From contig NC_042999.1 of assembly GCF_006345805.1 (NCBI RefSeq), positions 118,978,001 to 119,042,000 on the forward strand: a stretch of DNA of 64,000 nucleotides. Direction: 5' to 3'. Positions 38,895 to 51,704 of this stretch are shown in pieces. The position numbers and the translations under genes are program-made. Below the pieces are notes generated by a model. That model saw nothing but the letters and a program-made list of their open reading frames with translations, did not search any database and had not been told where the DNA came from. Positions within the stretch are counted from its first letter, which is position 1. The number at the start of each line of letters is the position of its first letter. The DNA comes from Octopus sinensis. Taxonomy: Eukaryota.

Positions 38895-40096
38895 GCGAAG
38901 AATCGGCAGCCAATTTCTATCAGCCCTGTAAGGGAGAATAGATCTTAAATATCTATAACGATAACTAGTGAATTATACAGAATATGCAAAAACGAGGCGA
39001 GGCTGAAATAGTAAACAGAGTGGCGTCTAGGGGGATCAGAATAATAATAATTAATAAATAATAATATAAATAGAAATACGGGATGAATTAAAGTTCAAGG
39101 ATTCTTATCTTGGGATCACTTCGTTTACGGACAGTCTTGGCAAAAGGAATTCGGAATCAAGAATGAGGCAGGTTACTAGCTTAAGTATGCATAGGAGTCC
39201 AGACAGACAATGTAAAAAGAGGGGGAGAGAAGGGCGCGAAGAATCGGCAGCCAATTTCTATCAGCCTGTAAGGGAGAATAGATCTTAAATATCTATAACG
39301 ATAACTAGTGAATTATACAGAATATGCAAAAACGAGGCGAGGCTGAAATAGTAAACAGAGTGGCGTCTAGGGGGATCAGAATAATAATAATTAATAAATA
39401 ATAATAATAAATAGAAATACGGATGAATTAAAGTTCAAGGATTTCTTATCTTGGGATCACTTCGTTTACGGACAGTCTGGCAAAAGGAATTCGGAATCAA
39501 GAATGAGGCAGGTTACTAGCTTAAGTATGCATAGGAGTCCAGACAGACAATGTAAAAAGAGGGGGAGAGAAGGGCGCGAAGAATCGGCAGCCAATTTCTA
39601 TCAGCCCTGTAAGGGAGAATAGATCTAAATATCTATAACGATAACTAGTGAATTATACAGAATATGCAAAAACGAGGCGAGGCTGAAATAGTAAACAGAG
39701 TGGCGTCTAGGGGGATCAGAATAATAATAATTAATAAATAATAATAATAAATAGAAATACGGGATGAATTAAAGTTCAAGGATTTCTTATCTTGGGATCA
39801 CTTCGTTACGGACAGTCTTGGCAAAAGGAATTCGGAATCAAGAATGAGGCAGGTTACTAGCTTAAGTATGCATAGGAGTCCAGACAGACAATGTAAAAAG
39901 AGGGGGAGAGAAGGGCGCGAAGAATCGGCAGCCAATTTCTATCAGCCCTGTAAGGGAGAATAGATCTTAAATATCTATAACGATAACTAGTGAATTATAC
40001 AGAATATGCAAAAACGAGGCGAGGCTGAAATAGTAAACAGAGTGGCGTCTAGGGGGATCAGAATAATAATAATTAATAAATAATAATAATAAATAG
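38895..40096. repeat. Tandem array, ~3.5 x 341 bp, near-identical
   Basis: GCGAAGAATCGGCAGCC occurs at 38895, 39236, 39576 and 39917. Confidence 0.95.
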
Positions 40097-41449
40097 ATAT
40101 TATATATATATAATATAATATAAATATATATGGGCAACAGACACGAACACACACATACACATGCATATGTATGTACACCTATTGCATGTTTTGTGCACAC
40201 ATACATGTTCATAAACAGAAATGAATGGAAAAAATGTTGTTAAATTTGTAGATTAACACTCGCACGATTTTCACTAAAGTATATATACTATGATTATAAA
40301 ATATAGTGTCTTTCAAAAACAAAAAACAAAACATTTTACATTTTATTTTTTATAAACGTCATAACTTACTCTCTCTCTCTCTCCCTCTCTCACTTTGTCT
40401 TTCCCATGAAACTCTCTGCCTCCTTTTTCCACTTTTCTTTATCTTATTTTTTTTTTTTTGTTAGACACCATAAAAAAGCCAAGGCTGATATTTTTCATGG
40501 CTAAAAGCTATGTCTGAAAATAGATTTTTAGGCTACCCACGGGTGCCTCGGGGACAAAAATAAGTTGACAAAACCAAGATAGGATGTTGACAAATGTCCT
40601 CCTAAAATTGGAGCGACATGCGTGCTAATTTGTGGACGTGCATAAATTACAATCATGTACACACACACATCCTACCTTTTATAGATATTATATTGGTAAG
40701 GAATATCCTGTATTGTAAAATCTCATTAAGTATTAAAAAATGAAGCATTTTGAATAATGAAAGTATTATGGCTCTTAATCCAGTTCCAATTATTTTTGTT
40801 AATTTTTAAGTAATTAAAGAACAAATTTCCATTCCTATGAATCAATTCCTAAGGCTCATACAATAGTTAACTTATGTCATGTAATCAATTATACCAGACT
40901 GTTGTATTTGAAAATGAAGTTTTGCCTTTTTCATGAATAGTGTGTCTTCTCTAAGTTTGAGATGCTGATTTCAAATATGTACTGGGAATTTGCATATTAT
41001 ATCAAGTTTTTTTGAAGAAATATATTTTAGAATTTTAACAGTATGCATATAGAATATGCATATTAGTAGAATAGAATTTGTAATTATGTGAAATATTTGC
41101 AAGAATAATCATTTTAGCTGTTTTATGAGATGATTTAGCCTATTAAATCACCATTTTAGCTTTCATGTTAGATTTATATTGATGAAAATTAGACATATTT
41201 TGTATAAATTTATTAAAACTTGGCATATTTTATTAAACAAATATAATTGATTTTGCATTATCTAGCCATGAAAAATCAGTGAACTAGATCAAGTATCATT
41301 GAAATGATAAATATAACAGTAAAAAAAATTTCTGTGAGAAGAAATGTATCACCCAGTCAACAAAGTCTGTCCATTTCATGGTAATGCAACATCTTCAGAT
41401 GTTGAATGAGAATAAAAATAAGATTTGTTTGCCAGATACGCTGTTTAAT

Positions 41450-42760
41450 GTATCAGCTTTCTCTTTTTACATTGTTGCACATGATCACTTCTATTTTGTT
41501 CTCTTATTAGACAACATCTGACCTCATATCTGCATTCAGCCAACCCTGTATCATTTCCTTGTAGTTTTGTCTTGGTGGAAACACTCTCATTGCTCTTTAC
41601 TAACAGTCTATAAAGTGGCAATGAAGTAGTCTAAATGTCTGTGGAGGAAATTTACTTCGATGGCGATGTTACATTATAACTTCTGGACTGAACAAAGTAA
41701 TTTATTCAAATCTCTACATATCATCAAACTGTTTTCAAAGTATTTGAGCTTTACTACTACAACTTTCCAGGAATGATAAGTTCTTTTTAAATATACTGAA
41801 CGATTAACCATAACAGAGGCAAACATATTTCAATTACTCAACAAAACACATTTTAAACAGGCTTTTAAACTATGATTTAAAGTCACCATTCACCTAATTC
41901 ATAAAGACATCCCATTACAGCTCATTAATGTAATAACTATCCCATTCTAAACAATTGCAACAGACTTTTTTCTCTACACCAATAGAAGCTAAATTTTCTC
42001 AGGTTATTTCAATCTAGACTGGATTGCAACAATTTTGCTGAGGTGTTTAGATGATCTAAATTGTGCACTAAGTCATTTAATTCAGTTTATGTGAAGGGTT
42101 TAAGTACTCAAATATCAATAATTTTTGTTTAAGTTTCATCCTCAGTAGCTTCCTCAGATTGACCAATAACATGTAACTTATCAAATACTGGAATGATCTC
42201 TTTGGTACAATAAGGTAAGTTACAAATCATATGACAGCTGAAGGCACATTTATGTAATCTGTCTTCAATTTGGACTTAGAGCTATAGCCCAAAATACCAG
42301 CCATGCAAAAATGGTAATTTTAAAACTGGTTCATAAATTCTATCTAGAACATTAGCACACCATATCTAATTTTCTTTTTTAATTTTTTTTTTATCTTTAG
42401 TCCTTTACCTCAGATTTACAATCCAAATTAGGTGATAATAGTAAGAAACTCATTGTCTGTTTTGAACACCTAATTTCATTCTAAAGTAGGTATATTCAGC
42501 TTTTACAAGAAATGGGCTACATAAAACATAACTCAACATGTGATGGGCCACACTATTAAAAATTCAAAGTAATTTTTTTCATTACATATCCTATTCAGAA
42601 AGTCCCTCAGGCTGCAGGTTGCCCATGACCACTCTAAAATATGTGAAATATACTCTTCTAACAGTTTCTGTAAAAAGTTGTCACTGCTTTGTTGTTTTAA
42701 AAGATCCATAAATGCATGAGAAGACATCAGACTTTGTCTATTAATACTAGAGATATTATA
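41450..42760 (-). pseudogene. Decayed DNA transposase, Chapaev3-like (CMC)
   Basis: Minus strand: DVFSCIYGSF..KQ / VRRVYFTYFRVVMG (N-terminal zinc-finger region) and KL*CNIAIEVNFLHRHLDYF...VSKEQ*ECFHQD (compare CNMSLKIHFLHSHLDFF..VSDEQGERFHQD). An inverted subterminal motif occurs at ~40962 and ~43754. The superfamily label is from memory. Confidence 0.6.
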
Positions 42761-43209
42761 TTACAAGTTTAATTTAGTAATAACAGACAAACTAAAATTT
42801 CAATAAAAAACTCAGTTTTTGTTTTGCCTGTACACCTGATGATACGACACATTAATGTTGAGATATATAAGGAAGCACATATTTGCAAATGTATACAAAT
42901 CAAGTTGGGAAAACTTCCTCGTTACCATAACATTTCAAAGTATACAGAGTATTTCTTCATTTGGAGTTTATTAGGATTACAACTTACCTCAGCAAATAAG
43001 AATAAGAAAACTGATTGAGAAAGATATATGCTGAACTGTTTTCTCACACCATTGACCTTTGAAAATTTACAGGCTAGTTTTCAGAAGTAGGAGCTCATCT
43101 ATTGAACTTTTCTTAACTAATGATAACTCTCTCTTGTTGCTTTCCTAATAAATGCTTCCACTATTTTAAGAACCTATACTTTCTTTGTCTTAATATATAG
43201 ACTCAGTAT

Positions 43210-43521
43210 TTTTTTTATGTGCCCTTTTCAAGCCTAGCCAGGCTCATGGGGCTGGTTTCCCAGTTTCTGTGGTGTATGTGTTCCCCCCAGCTGGACAGAA
43301 CACCAGTCCATTGCAATGTTACTCAAGAAACAGGAAGAAAGAGTGAGAGAAAGTTGGGGCGAAAGAGTACAACAGGGGTCGCCACTACCCTCTGCCGGAG
43401 CCTCATGGAGCTTTAGGTGTTTTCGCTCAATAAACATACACAACGCCCAGTCTGGGAATTGAAACCATGATCCTCTGACCACGAGTCCACTGCCCTAACC
43501 ACTGGGCCATTGCGCCTCCAC
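43210..43521 (-). mobile_element. SINE family D, full length, 14-bp TSD
   Basis: TSD TATAGACTCAGTAT at 43196-43209 and 43522-43535, tRNA-like head TGGCCCAGTGG...GTTTCAATTCC, and an A tail. Confidence 0.9.
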
Positions 43522-44297
43522 TATAGACTCAGTATATTATTTTGAAATTATTTTGACTTCCGTCTTTAAAAAGATCTCATAAATACTACTTCAACTTTAA
43601 ATTAGTAAAATGGTTTGAAACAAAGAACTAATACAATCAGTAATTTTCCTAAAATTTCCAAAAGGTGCAATTTTGCATTTCTGGTTTATGGTGCTTACTG
43701 ACAAAAGTTAACATGTTTGGAAAGAATGATATATCAAGATAGAAAAATACCGTCATATTTGGTATTAGCATCTGCAAAGTTAACCTAAATCAACTTTCAC
43801 CTTTTAAAGTAAAATTGTTGCTAACCAGTAAAACATTTAAATCAGTATAAAAAAAATATTCATTTTACTTCAGACGGCATTAGCTGAAACTAGAAAATTT
43901 GTACTTCATTAACATTTTTTGTATTAATATTGATAGTGTGATTATTGCCATGAAAAGAAATGAAAAACAGAAATTCATCAATACATGTATGCAAATATTT
44001 GAAATATGGAGTCATTCTATTTAGTAACAGTGAGCAGTTACCAATTTGTTTATTATGTGCGTGTGTGTGTGTGGGGGGTCCAACAAATGATTAAGACCTT
44101 CAAGAATGATTGATCATTTAAAAACGAAACATCAAAAAAAAAGCAAAAATTATATAAAGCTATTTCAAGGAATATGGAAAAAATTGAATTTGGAACATCA
44201 GTCTACAAATAATGAGTTTGATTGTAAAACAAAGTAACCAACCAGGAAACAGTCACAAACCTTCAATATTAATAGCAAAATGTAAAATGTATATAAT

Positions 44298-44690
44298 AGG
44301 TGCAGGAGTGGCTCTGTGGTAAGTCACTTGCTTACCAACCACATGGTTCCAGGTTCAGTCACACTGCATGGCACATTGAGCTAGTGTTTTCTACTATAGT
44401 CTCAGGCCAGCCAAAGCCTTCTGAGTGTATTTGGTAAACAGAAACTGAAAGAACCCGTTGTATATATATGTGTGTGTGTTTGTGTGTTTATGTTTGTCCC
44501 CACAACATCGCTTGACAACCAGCACTGGTGCGTTTACATCCCTGTAACTTAGCAGTTTGACAAAAGAGACTGATAGAATCAGAACTAGGCTTACAAAGAA
44601 TAAGTTCTGGGATTGATTTGCTCAAATAAAGGCAGTGTTCCAGCATGGCCACAGTCAAATGACTGAAACAAGTAAAAGAATAAAAGAATA
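44298..44690 (+). mobile_element. SINE family A, full length
   Basis: Homologous to 14869-15290. Confidence 0.9.
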
Positions 44691-44734
44691 TATAATATAT
44701 ATGTATGTATGTATGTATGTATATATACATACAT

Positions 44735-45465
44735 TCATATATACGTATTTCAAAATAGAAAATTACATTTTAACAGGCAATTTTACATGCTAGAAATAGC
44801 AGCCAACACAGCCAAAAACCACAATTTTATAGCAAATTTCGAAGTACATGAAAAATAAAAACCTTTACCTTGTTATATAACGGTTATACCATGGTTTCAG
44901 ATTTCTTTAACAAATAATATCACTTGCCATCTTTTAATAGATAATTTAGCAAGACCATATTATCTACCGGGCGAATCCTCATCAGTAACCGGCCTAAACA
45001 ACTAACTTGTAATTCAGAGACAAGATAACACGTGTCCCATCATTATATGCTATAATTTTTCAAATATCACATGCAGGCGCATTTACAGTCAGCAAAAGAT
45101 ACAATGCCGAGCTGAAACTTCGAGAATGCTAAGAACATATTCATAAGGTACATATATATAGGGTGGCGAAGGTCTTGCTAAATTATCTATTAAAAGATGG
45201 CAAGCGATATTATTTGCTAAAGAAATCTGAAATCATGGTATAACCGTTATATAACAAGGTAAAGGTTTTTATTTTTCATTTACTTCGAAATTTGCTATAA
45301 AATTGTGGTTTTTGGCCGTGTTGGCTGCTATTTCTAGCATGTAAAATTGCCTGTTAAAGGGTAATTTTCTAGTTTGAAATATGAATATGTTGTCTATTGA
45401 CTTTTTATACATGCTAGGCCACTGATGGTGATATTTATAACGAGTATTCGCCACCCTATATATAT
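44735..45465. repeat. Nested inverted repeats
   Basis: 44735-44956 is the inverse of 45171-45390. TATATAGGGTGGCGAA (45155-45170) is the inverse of 45447-45462. Confidence 0.85.
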
Positions 45466-45483
45466 ACATTCATATATATATAT

Positions 45484-45526
<43 letters not shown>

Positions 45527-45529
<3 letters not shown>

Positions 45530-46851
45530 CTGGTGACTAAAGGCCTCTCACCCAGAGTAAAAGGCAGACTGTATGATGCATGTGTATGAACAGCCATGCT
45601 ACATAGCAGTGAAACATGGGCCGTGACTGCTGAGGACATGCGTAAGCTCGTGAGGAATGAAGCCAGTATGCTCCGATGGATGTGTAATGTCAGTGTACTT
45701 ACTCGACAGTGCGTTAGTACCCTGAGAGAAATGTTGTACCTAAGAAGCATCAGTTGTGGTGTGCAAGAGAGACGATTGCGCTGGTATGGTCATGTGGCGA
45801 GAATGGATGAAGATAGGTGTGTGAGAAAGTGCCAATCCCTAGCAGTTGAGGGAACCCGTGGAAGAGGTACCCAGGAAAACCTGGGACGAGGTGGTGAAGC
45901 ATGACCTTCGAACTTTAGGTCTCACCATGGAAATGACTAGAGACCGAGACCTATGGAAGTATGCTGTGTGTGAGAAGACCCGGCAAGACTAGTGAAGCCA
46001 TAACCTGTGGCCCCTACCTGGGACGTAGTCAGTCCACCTGTGCATACCTTCCTTCTTGTGACACTTGTGAAGACCTGTTGAGGCAAGTGAAAATCAAAAA
46101 AATCAAAAAATCAAATCAAATCAAATCAAATCAAATCAAATCAAATCAAACCAAATCAATATAGATGAACATCAATGGAATTTGTATCCTTGTGGTACCA
46201 GTGCTGGTGGCACATAAGAAAACCATCCGAACGTGACCATAGCCAGTACCGCATCGACTGGCCTCCGTGCTGAGGGCACGTAACAAACACCATCTGAGCG
46301 TGGCCGTTCGCCAGCCTCGTCTGGCACTTGTGTTGGTGGCACATAAGAAAACGCCATCCGAGCGTGACCGTCTGCCAGCCTCGTCTGGCACCTGTGTCGG
46401 TGGCGGGCATGTAACAAACACCATCCGAGCGTGGCCGTTCGCCAGCCTCATCTGGTACCTGTGTCGGTGGCACATAAGAAAACACCATCCGAGCATGGCC
46501 GTCTGCCAGCCTCGTCTGGCACCTGTGTCGGTGGCACATAAAAAAAAACACCATCCGAGCGTGGCCGTCTGCCAGCCTTGTCTGGCACCTGTGTCGGTGG
46601 CACATAAAAAACACCATCCGAGCTTGGCCGTCTGCCAGCCTCATCTGGCACCTGTGTCGGTGGCACATAAAATCACCCACTACACTCTCGGAGTGGTTGG
46701 CGTTAGGAAGGGCATCCAGCTGTAGAAACACTGCCAGATCTGACTGGCCTGGTGCAGCCTTCGAGCTTGCCAGACCCTAGTTGAACCGTCCAACCCATGC
46801 TAGCATGGAAAGCGGACGTTAAACGATGATGATGATGATGATGATGATGAT
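45527..46851 (+). mobile_element. 5'-truncated RTE-clade LINE
   Basis: SETW, RRLRWYGHVARM and GRG/(R)PRKTW (frameshift ~45870). The long 3' UTR contains (AAATC)n, a minisatellite and a (GAT)n tail. Inserted in (TA)n. Confidence 0.92.
46190..46670 (+). repeat. ~64-bp minisatellite (7-8 units) inside RTE 3' UTR
   Basis: Recurring GGTGGCACATAA..AACACCATCCGAGCGTGGCCGTCTGCCAGCCTCGTCTGGCACCTGTGTC. Confidence 0.9.
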
Positions 46852-46999
46852 ATACAATTATAAATATGCTGGCCACTGATAAAATTTGTAACAATTTTAT
46901 CCTTTTGCATTATATACATACAGTTCTATATTTAAGAGATGAGGAATTATGTACATTATTTACATTTGACAGATATTTGTCCTAATCTTGTTTGTTGTT

Positions 47000-47045
47000 A
47001 ACACAACGTTTCAGCTGATATACCCTCCAGCCTTCATCAGGTGCC
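47000..47045 (-). ncRNA. Minimal hammerhead ribozyme (loopless ACGU stem III)
   Basis: GGCAC-CTGATGA-A-GGCTG-GAGGGTATAT-CAGCT-GAAA-CG-TT-GTGTT. Confidence 0.7.
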
Positions 47046-47163
47046 TTGGAGAAATTTCAAACCCGAGTTCTCATTCCTAAGGTATTTTTGATGATATTAT
47101 TATTAATATTATTATTACTATTCAGATCACTGCTTGAAATCCAAGTTTGATTCCAAGCATTGA

Positions 47164-47301
<138 letters not shown>

Positions 47302-47318
47302 TAATAATAATAATAATA

Positions 47319-48747
47319 AAGAGGAAAACTAGTTAAGAGTAACAACATCACACTAGATAAAACCAATGAAATAAAAGAATTAGACCAAAGCCAAACTTAC
47401 AAATACTTAGGAATCCATGAACTAGATAAGACACAACACACACAAATGAAAGAGAAAATAAAAAAAGAATATTATAGACGAGTTAGATCAATACTAAACA
47501 CAGAGCTCAATGCTAAAAACAAGATAATAGGTATCAACACTTTAGCTGTCCCAGTTATAAGTTACAGCTATAATATCCTTAACTGGACACGAAATGAACT
47601 GACCAAAATAGATAGGAAAACAAGAAAAATAATGACAGGATCTAGGATGCATCACCCAAAATCTGACATAGAAAGACTATATATACAACGTATACAAGGT
47701 GGTAGAGGCCTTATACAGCTGAAAAACTACTATAAAATAACCACCATAGGACTGCAAAAATATCTACTTCAGAAGGAAGGAAAACTGATCCAGATAGCGG
47801 CAAAATACGAGCAAAACAAAAAACTGTTCTCAGTATTTAAGGAAGCTGACAAATACAAACAAGAAATCATACCACCTAATAAACATGAAGAAGAAGAAGA
47901 AGATGAAGAAACAACAAAAGCTATAAAACAAATGAAATCCAAACTAAAAATAGAACAGCAATGAACCATGATAAAACGATGGCAAGAAAAGCCCCTTCAT
48001 GGTAAATACTGGACTAAACTAAACGCAAAAGAAATAGACAAAGAAAAATCCCAGCAATGGTTGAGAAGGTCAGGACTCAAAGCAGAAACAGAGGGATTTT
48101 TAATTGCAGCACAAGACCAAAGCCTCCCCACCAGAAATTACCAAAAACATGTAATGAAAAGAAATATTACAAGTAACTGCAGAATATGTGGAGATGGACA
48201 AGAAACAATAAATCATATTATCTCTAGCTGCCCAGTCTTGGCTAAGAAGGAATATATTCACAGACATGACAGAGTTGGAACCTACATACATTGGAAGCTA
48301 TGCCAACATTATGGAATAACAACAGAAAAAAGATGGTATAGGTACACACCAGAAAAGGTCACAGAAAACGAGAAAGCAACCATACTCTGGGATATGCCGA
48401 TACACACAGATAGAGAAATTAAGGCCAACAGACCAGATATAGTTGCCAGAGATCATGAAGAAAAAAAATGCTTTCTAATTGATGTATCAATACCGGCTGA
48501 TGACAACGTGTCTCTAAAAGAAATGGAGAAACTCTCAAAATACAAAGACCTGGAAATAGAGGTAACTAGAATGTGGAATCTGAAAACAGAAACAATTCCT
48601 ATCATAGTAGGTGCATTAGGCATGATAAAAAAATATTCAGACAAATACATAACAAAAACACCAGGACTTACAAACTCATATAACATACAGAAAATTGCAC
48701 TACTAGGCACTGCACACATCCTACGCAGAACACTTTCCATACAATAA
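47319..48747 (+). pseudogene. RT C-terminus + zinc knuckle + RLE endonuclease, one in-frame TGA at 47962-47964
   Basis: ORFs 47446..47964 and 47968..48747 are in the same frame. Confidence 0.9.
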
Positions 48748-48841
48748 CCATCAGAGCATCACAACAAATCACAGCACATACCCAAGGCACACAGAGCTGT
48801 GCTCAGTAGTGAAGTGAAAGCACGCTATAAAAATAAAACTA

Positions 48842-48845
<4 letters not shown>
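47319..48845 (+). mobile_element. 5'-truncated Dong/R4-like RLE LINE inserted in (AAT)n
   Basis: YKYLG, GGRGL, AAQDQ, CCHC knuckle CRICGDGQETINHIISSC, RHD, RPDIV..LIDVSIP and KLSKY. (AAT)n lies on both sides. Confidence 0.93.
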
Positions 48846-48939
<94 letters not shown>

Positions 48940-48998
48940 TAATAATAATATCATCAAAATACCTTAGGAATGAGAACCCAGGTTTGAAATTTCCCCAA

Positions 48999-49041
48999 GA
49001 CACCTGATGAAGGTTGGAGGGTTTGTCAGCTGAAATGTGTT
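48999..49041 (+). ncRNA. Degenerate hammerhead (3-nt loss after GAAA)
   Basis: GACAC-CTGATGA-A-GGTTG...CAGCT-GAAA-T-GTGTT, the mirror of 47000-47045. Confidence 0.5.
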
Positions 49042-49093
49042 AACAACAAACAAGATGAAGACAAATATCTGTCAAATGTAAATAATGTAAAAA

Positions 49094-49130
<37 letters not shown>

Positions 49131-49143
49131 GTATATATGTAAA

Positions 49144-49177
<34 letters not shown>

Positions 49178-49178
<1 letters not shown>

Positions 49179-49864
49179 GACCAGCTGCTGAGCTTGATCT
49201 ATTAGTTATGAGATATGAGTGTTGTATCACCTGTGAAGTCCAGGTCTGTGATGGTTACTGCTGGCACTCCCCATGATCTTTGCCGATTTATGCTGAAAGC
49301 AGTCTTCATCACAGTTGTCTATTGGATTATGCAATGCATAATCCAATACAATTGCAATCAGATATGGTGCAAGCATATCTCCTTGTAGTACCCCAGCTGG
49401 TATTTGAAAGAATTCTGAGTGCCAAGAATAGACAGAAAGTGGGAAAAGTTGCTGGCCATAATGAAATTCCTCCTGAAGTTATCTAGAAGTGCAATCTGGA
49501 TGAAATAATACTGGGTTTTGCAAATAAGCTCTTGCAGAATCACAAAAATCCAGATCAGTGGTTTGAGATAGACTTGATACCAATCCCATCTAAGATTAAA
49601 TTAATATAGATTTAGACCAGGGAGATCCACAACATCTCAAATCTTAGACCTGAGACATATCATAGGAGTTAAATCAAGACCACTGCCTGCCAGTATAACC
49701 TTCGTGGACTTCAGCAACAGGTTTGACAACATCCATCGTTACCAAAATGTTGAAGATCCTTTGAGCATATGGCATTCTAGTAGAACTAGTTCTTAACATT
49801 GCAAACACCAGAACTCATGTGTTGTCATCTAATGGAGATATGGAATTCTTTCAGAATAGCTGTC

Positions 49865-49872
<8 letters not shown>
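49178..49872. repeat. Inverted duplicate of 51705-52388 lying between two (TA)n tracts
   Basis: Near-identical reverse complement, with identical mirrored ORFs 49280..49486 and 52080..52286. Confidence 0.95.
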
Positions 49873-49904
<32 letters not shown>

Positions 49905-51004
49905 AGAGAGAGAGAGAGAGAGAGAGAGGTGAGACTTCATTTTTACTAGATGTAAATGAATTTCTAAATATTGTGATAGGCTCTGGTAAAGTAACATGTC
50001 ACTGATTGCCTTCAATAATAGTTTACTATCAACAAGAATTGACAAAGTGGCCATTAACATTAAAAAAAAAGATAATTTGGAAATCTAGAAAAATCATTAC
50101 AACTTGATAAGACAGCTTTATGTAATAATAAATCTCTGTTATTGGCCTTCATGCCTTATTCAAAAATGCCATTCAAAGAATTATAAAAGAGTTTCTTTTT
50201 GCCAAATAAGTGGAGATTGACACAAAGGCTTAACAATTTATAGAATAGCCCAGCACATATTTATGATAAAGATATTCCTCTCAAATGTTATTTTATATGC
50301 AACTAATGAAACACTTACTATGATTGATTGCCATCATAAATTTATAGCACATTTAAAAGAAGTAATTTCAGATATTTTTATGATACATAGTATTATTCAA
50401 TGGCAATACTTTGATGCAAGCTCCACAGCAGTAGACTACATAAAATTTCATACAATGTTATTAATGCAGTGTATAAGATAGAAGCTCATCTGCTGAATAT
50501 TCATATTTTGTGGAAACTTTGCTGTAAGATTGAATGAGAATTGGAATGTCTTTTACTGAAGTTTAATGACCTTCTAAGGAAAATTCTGTGAGGCTTATAT
50601 AATTTCTATCAGGCTATTTTGAAACTCAACTTAAAAATGCAAAACAAATATGAACTTCGGCAAGAAATGCATATCAAGTAAGAAAAACAAAGTATTCTGG
50701 CATTTTCACAAATTAAATGTGATGAACATCAAATCTCTGAAAAACAATAGGAATCATTAAGCCTTTACTTGTTTGAGTGATTTAACCGTGGGCATCACGA
50801 CTGGATTTAAACCATGGGGGTGAGGTGGGGTTGCTTCAAATTCAGTGTCTCCTCTCCCCCCGCACCACACTTCATACACAAGAATTCAAATCTTGGAAAA
50901 TTTGCAAATTTAAATCTCAAAACCCATCTATTGCATGTAATTGTATTTGACAAGCTAGCAAAGAAAATTTAAATAAATGACCAAAAATGTTGCTTTATAG
51001 ATAC

Positions 51005-51345
51005 ATCATCATTATCATCATCCTCATTATCATTGTTTAACGTCCGCTTTCACTGCTGGCATGGTTTGGATGGTTTGACAGAGGATTGGTGAGCCAGAAG
51101 CCAGCACCAGTCTCCAATCTGATCTGGAAAAATTTCTACAGCTGGATGCCCTTCCTAGCAACAACCACTCTGAAGGTGTAGTAGGTGCTTTTACATGCCA
51201 CTGGCATGAGGACCAGGTAGGCGGTACTGGCAATGACCATGCTCAAAAGGTGTTTTTTACGTGCCATCTGCATGGGAGTCAGTCCAGCGGCACTGGCAAT
51301 GGCCATGCTCAAATGTTGTTTTTCATGTACCACCAGCACATGTGC
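51005..51345 (-). mobile_element. RTE 3' tail fragment
   Basis: (CAT)n-GTTTAACGTCCGCTTTC... plus ~2.5 minisatellite units. Confidence 0.8.
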
Positions 51346-51704
51346 CATTAAGGTGACACACTTTTCATAAGTAAAATTTTTTTCTCACACATCCACTTGC
51401 AGTGTTTGACTTTTCCTTCATTATGAAAAGTACAATGAGGGAGGAAAGAAGGGATAAGATTTCTTTTTTCTTTAACGCAAGTTACAAATGCATCAGAATG
51501 ATGAATATGATAAATTGACAAAAAATTACAAAAAAGAAAAACATATCGTTTTAGTGGTTGTTCCAAAGGCACAATGAATGTGTGTGTGGGACACAAATAT
51601 TTAAAAGACATGGATTTTTAACTTTTGGTTAAAAAAGCTTCCCTTCATTGTTTTGCAATGCATAAGAAAAATGGAAAATCCTAACAAAATTGTGAAATTC
51701 CATC

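Larger units (their letters stand above)
37336..40690 (+). mobile_element. Helentron/Helitron-like non-autonomous element carrying tandem arrays
   Basis: 5' ACTAACAGTATAACCCGGCCTTGCCCGGG hairpin, subterminal CCCACGGGTGCCTCGGG at ~40536, and end ACACATCCTACCTTTTATAGATA. CpGs are retained throughout. Confidence 0.55.

Noticed and set aside
37719-40096. CRISPR-like array
   Set aside because: Whole units repeat with no unique spacers, there are no cas genes, and the context is eukaryotic.
46146-46731. 191-aa repetitive ORF and neighbours
   Set aside because: They are read-through of the GC-rich minisatellite in the RTE 3' UTR.
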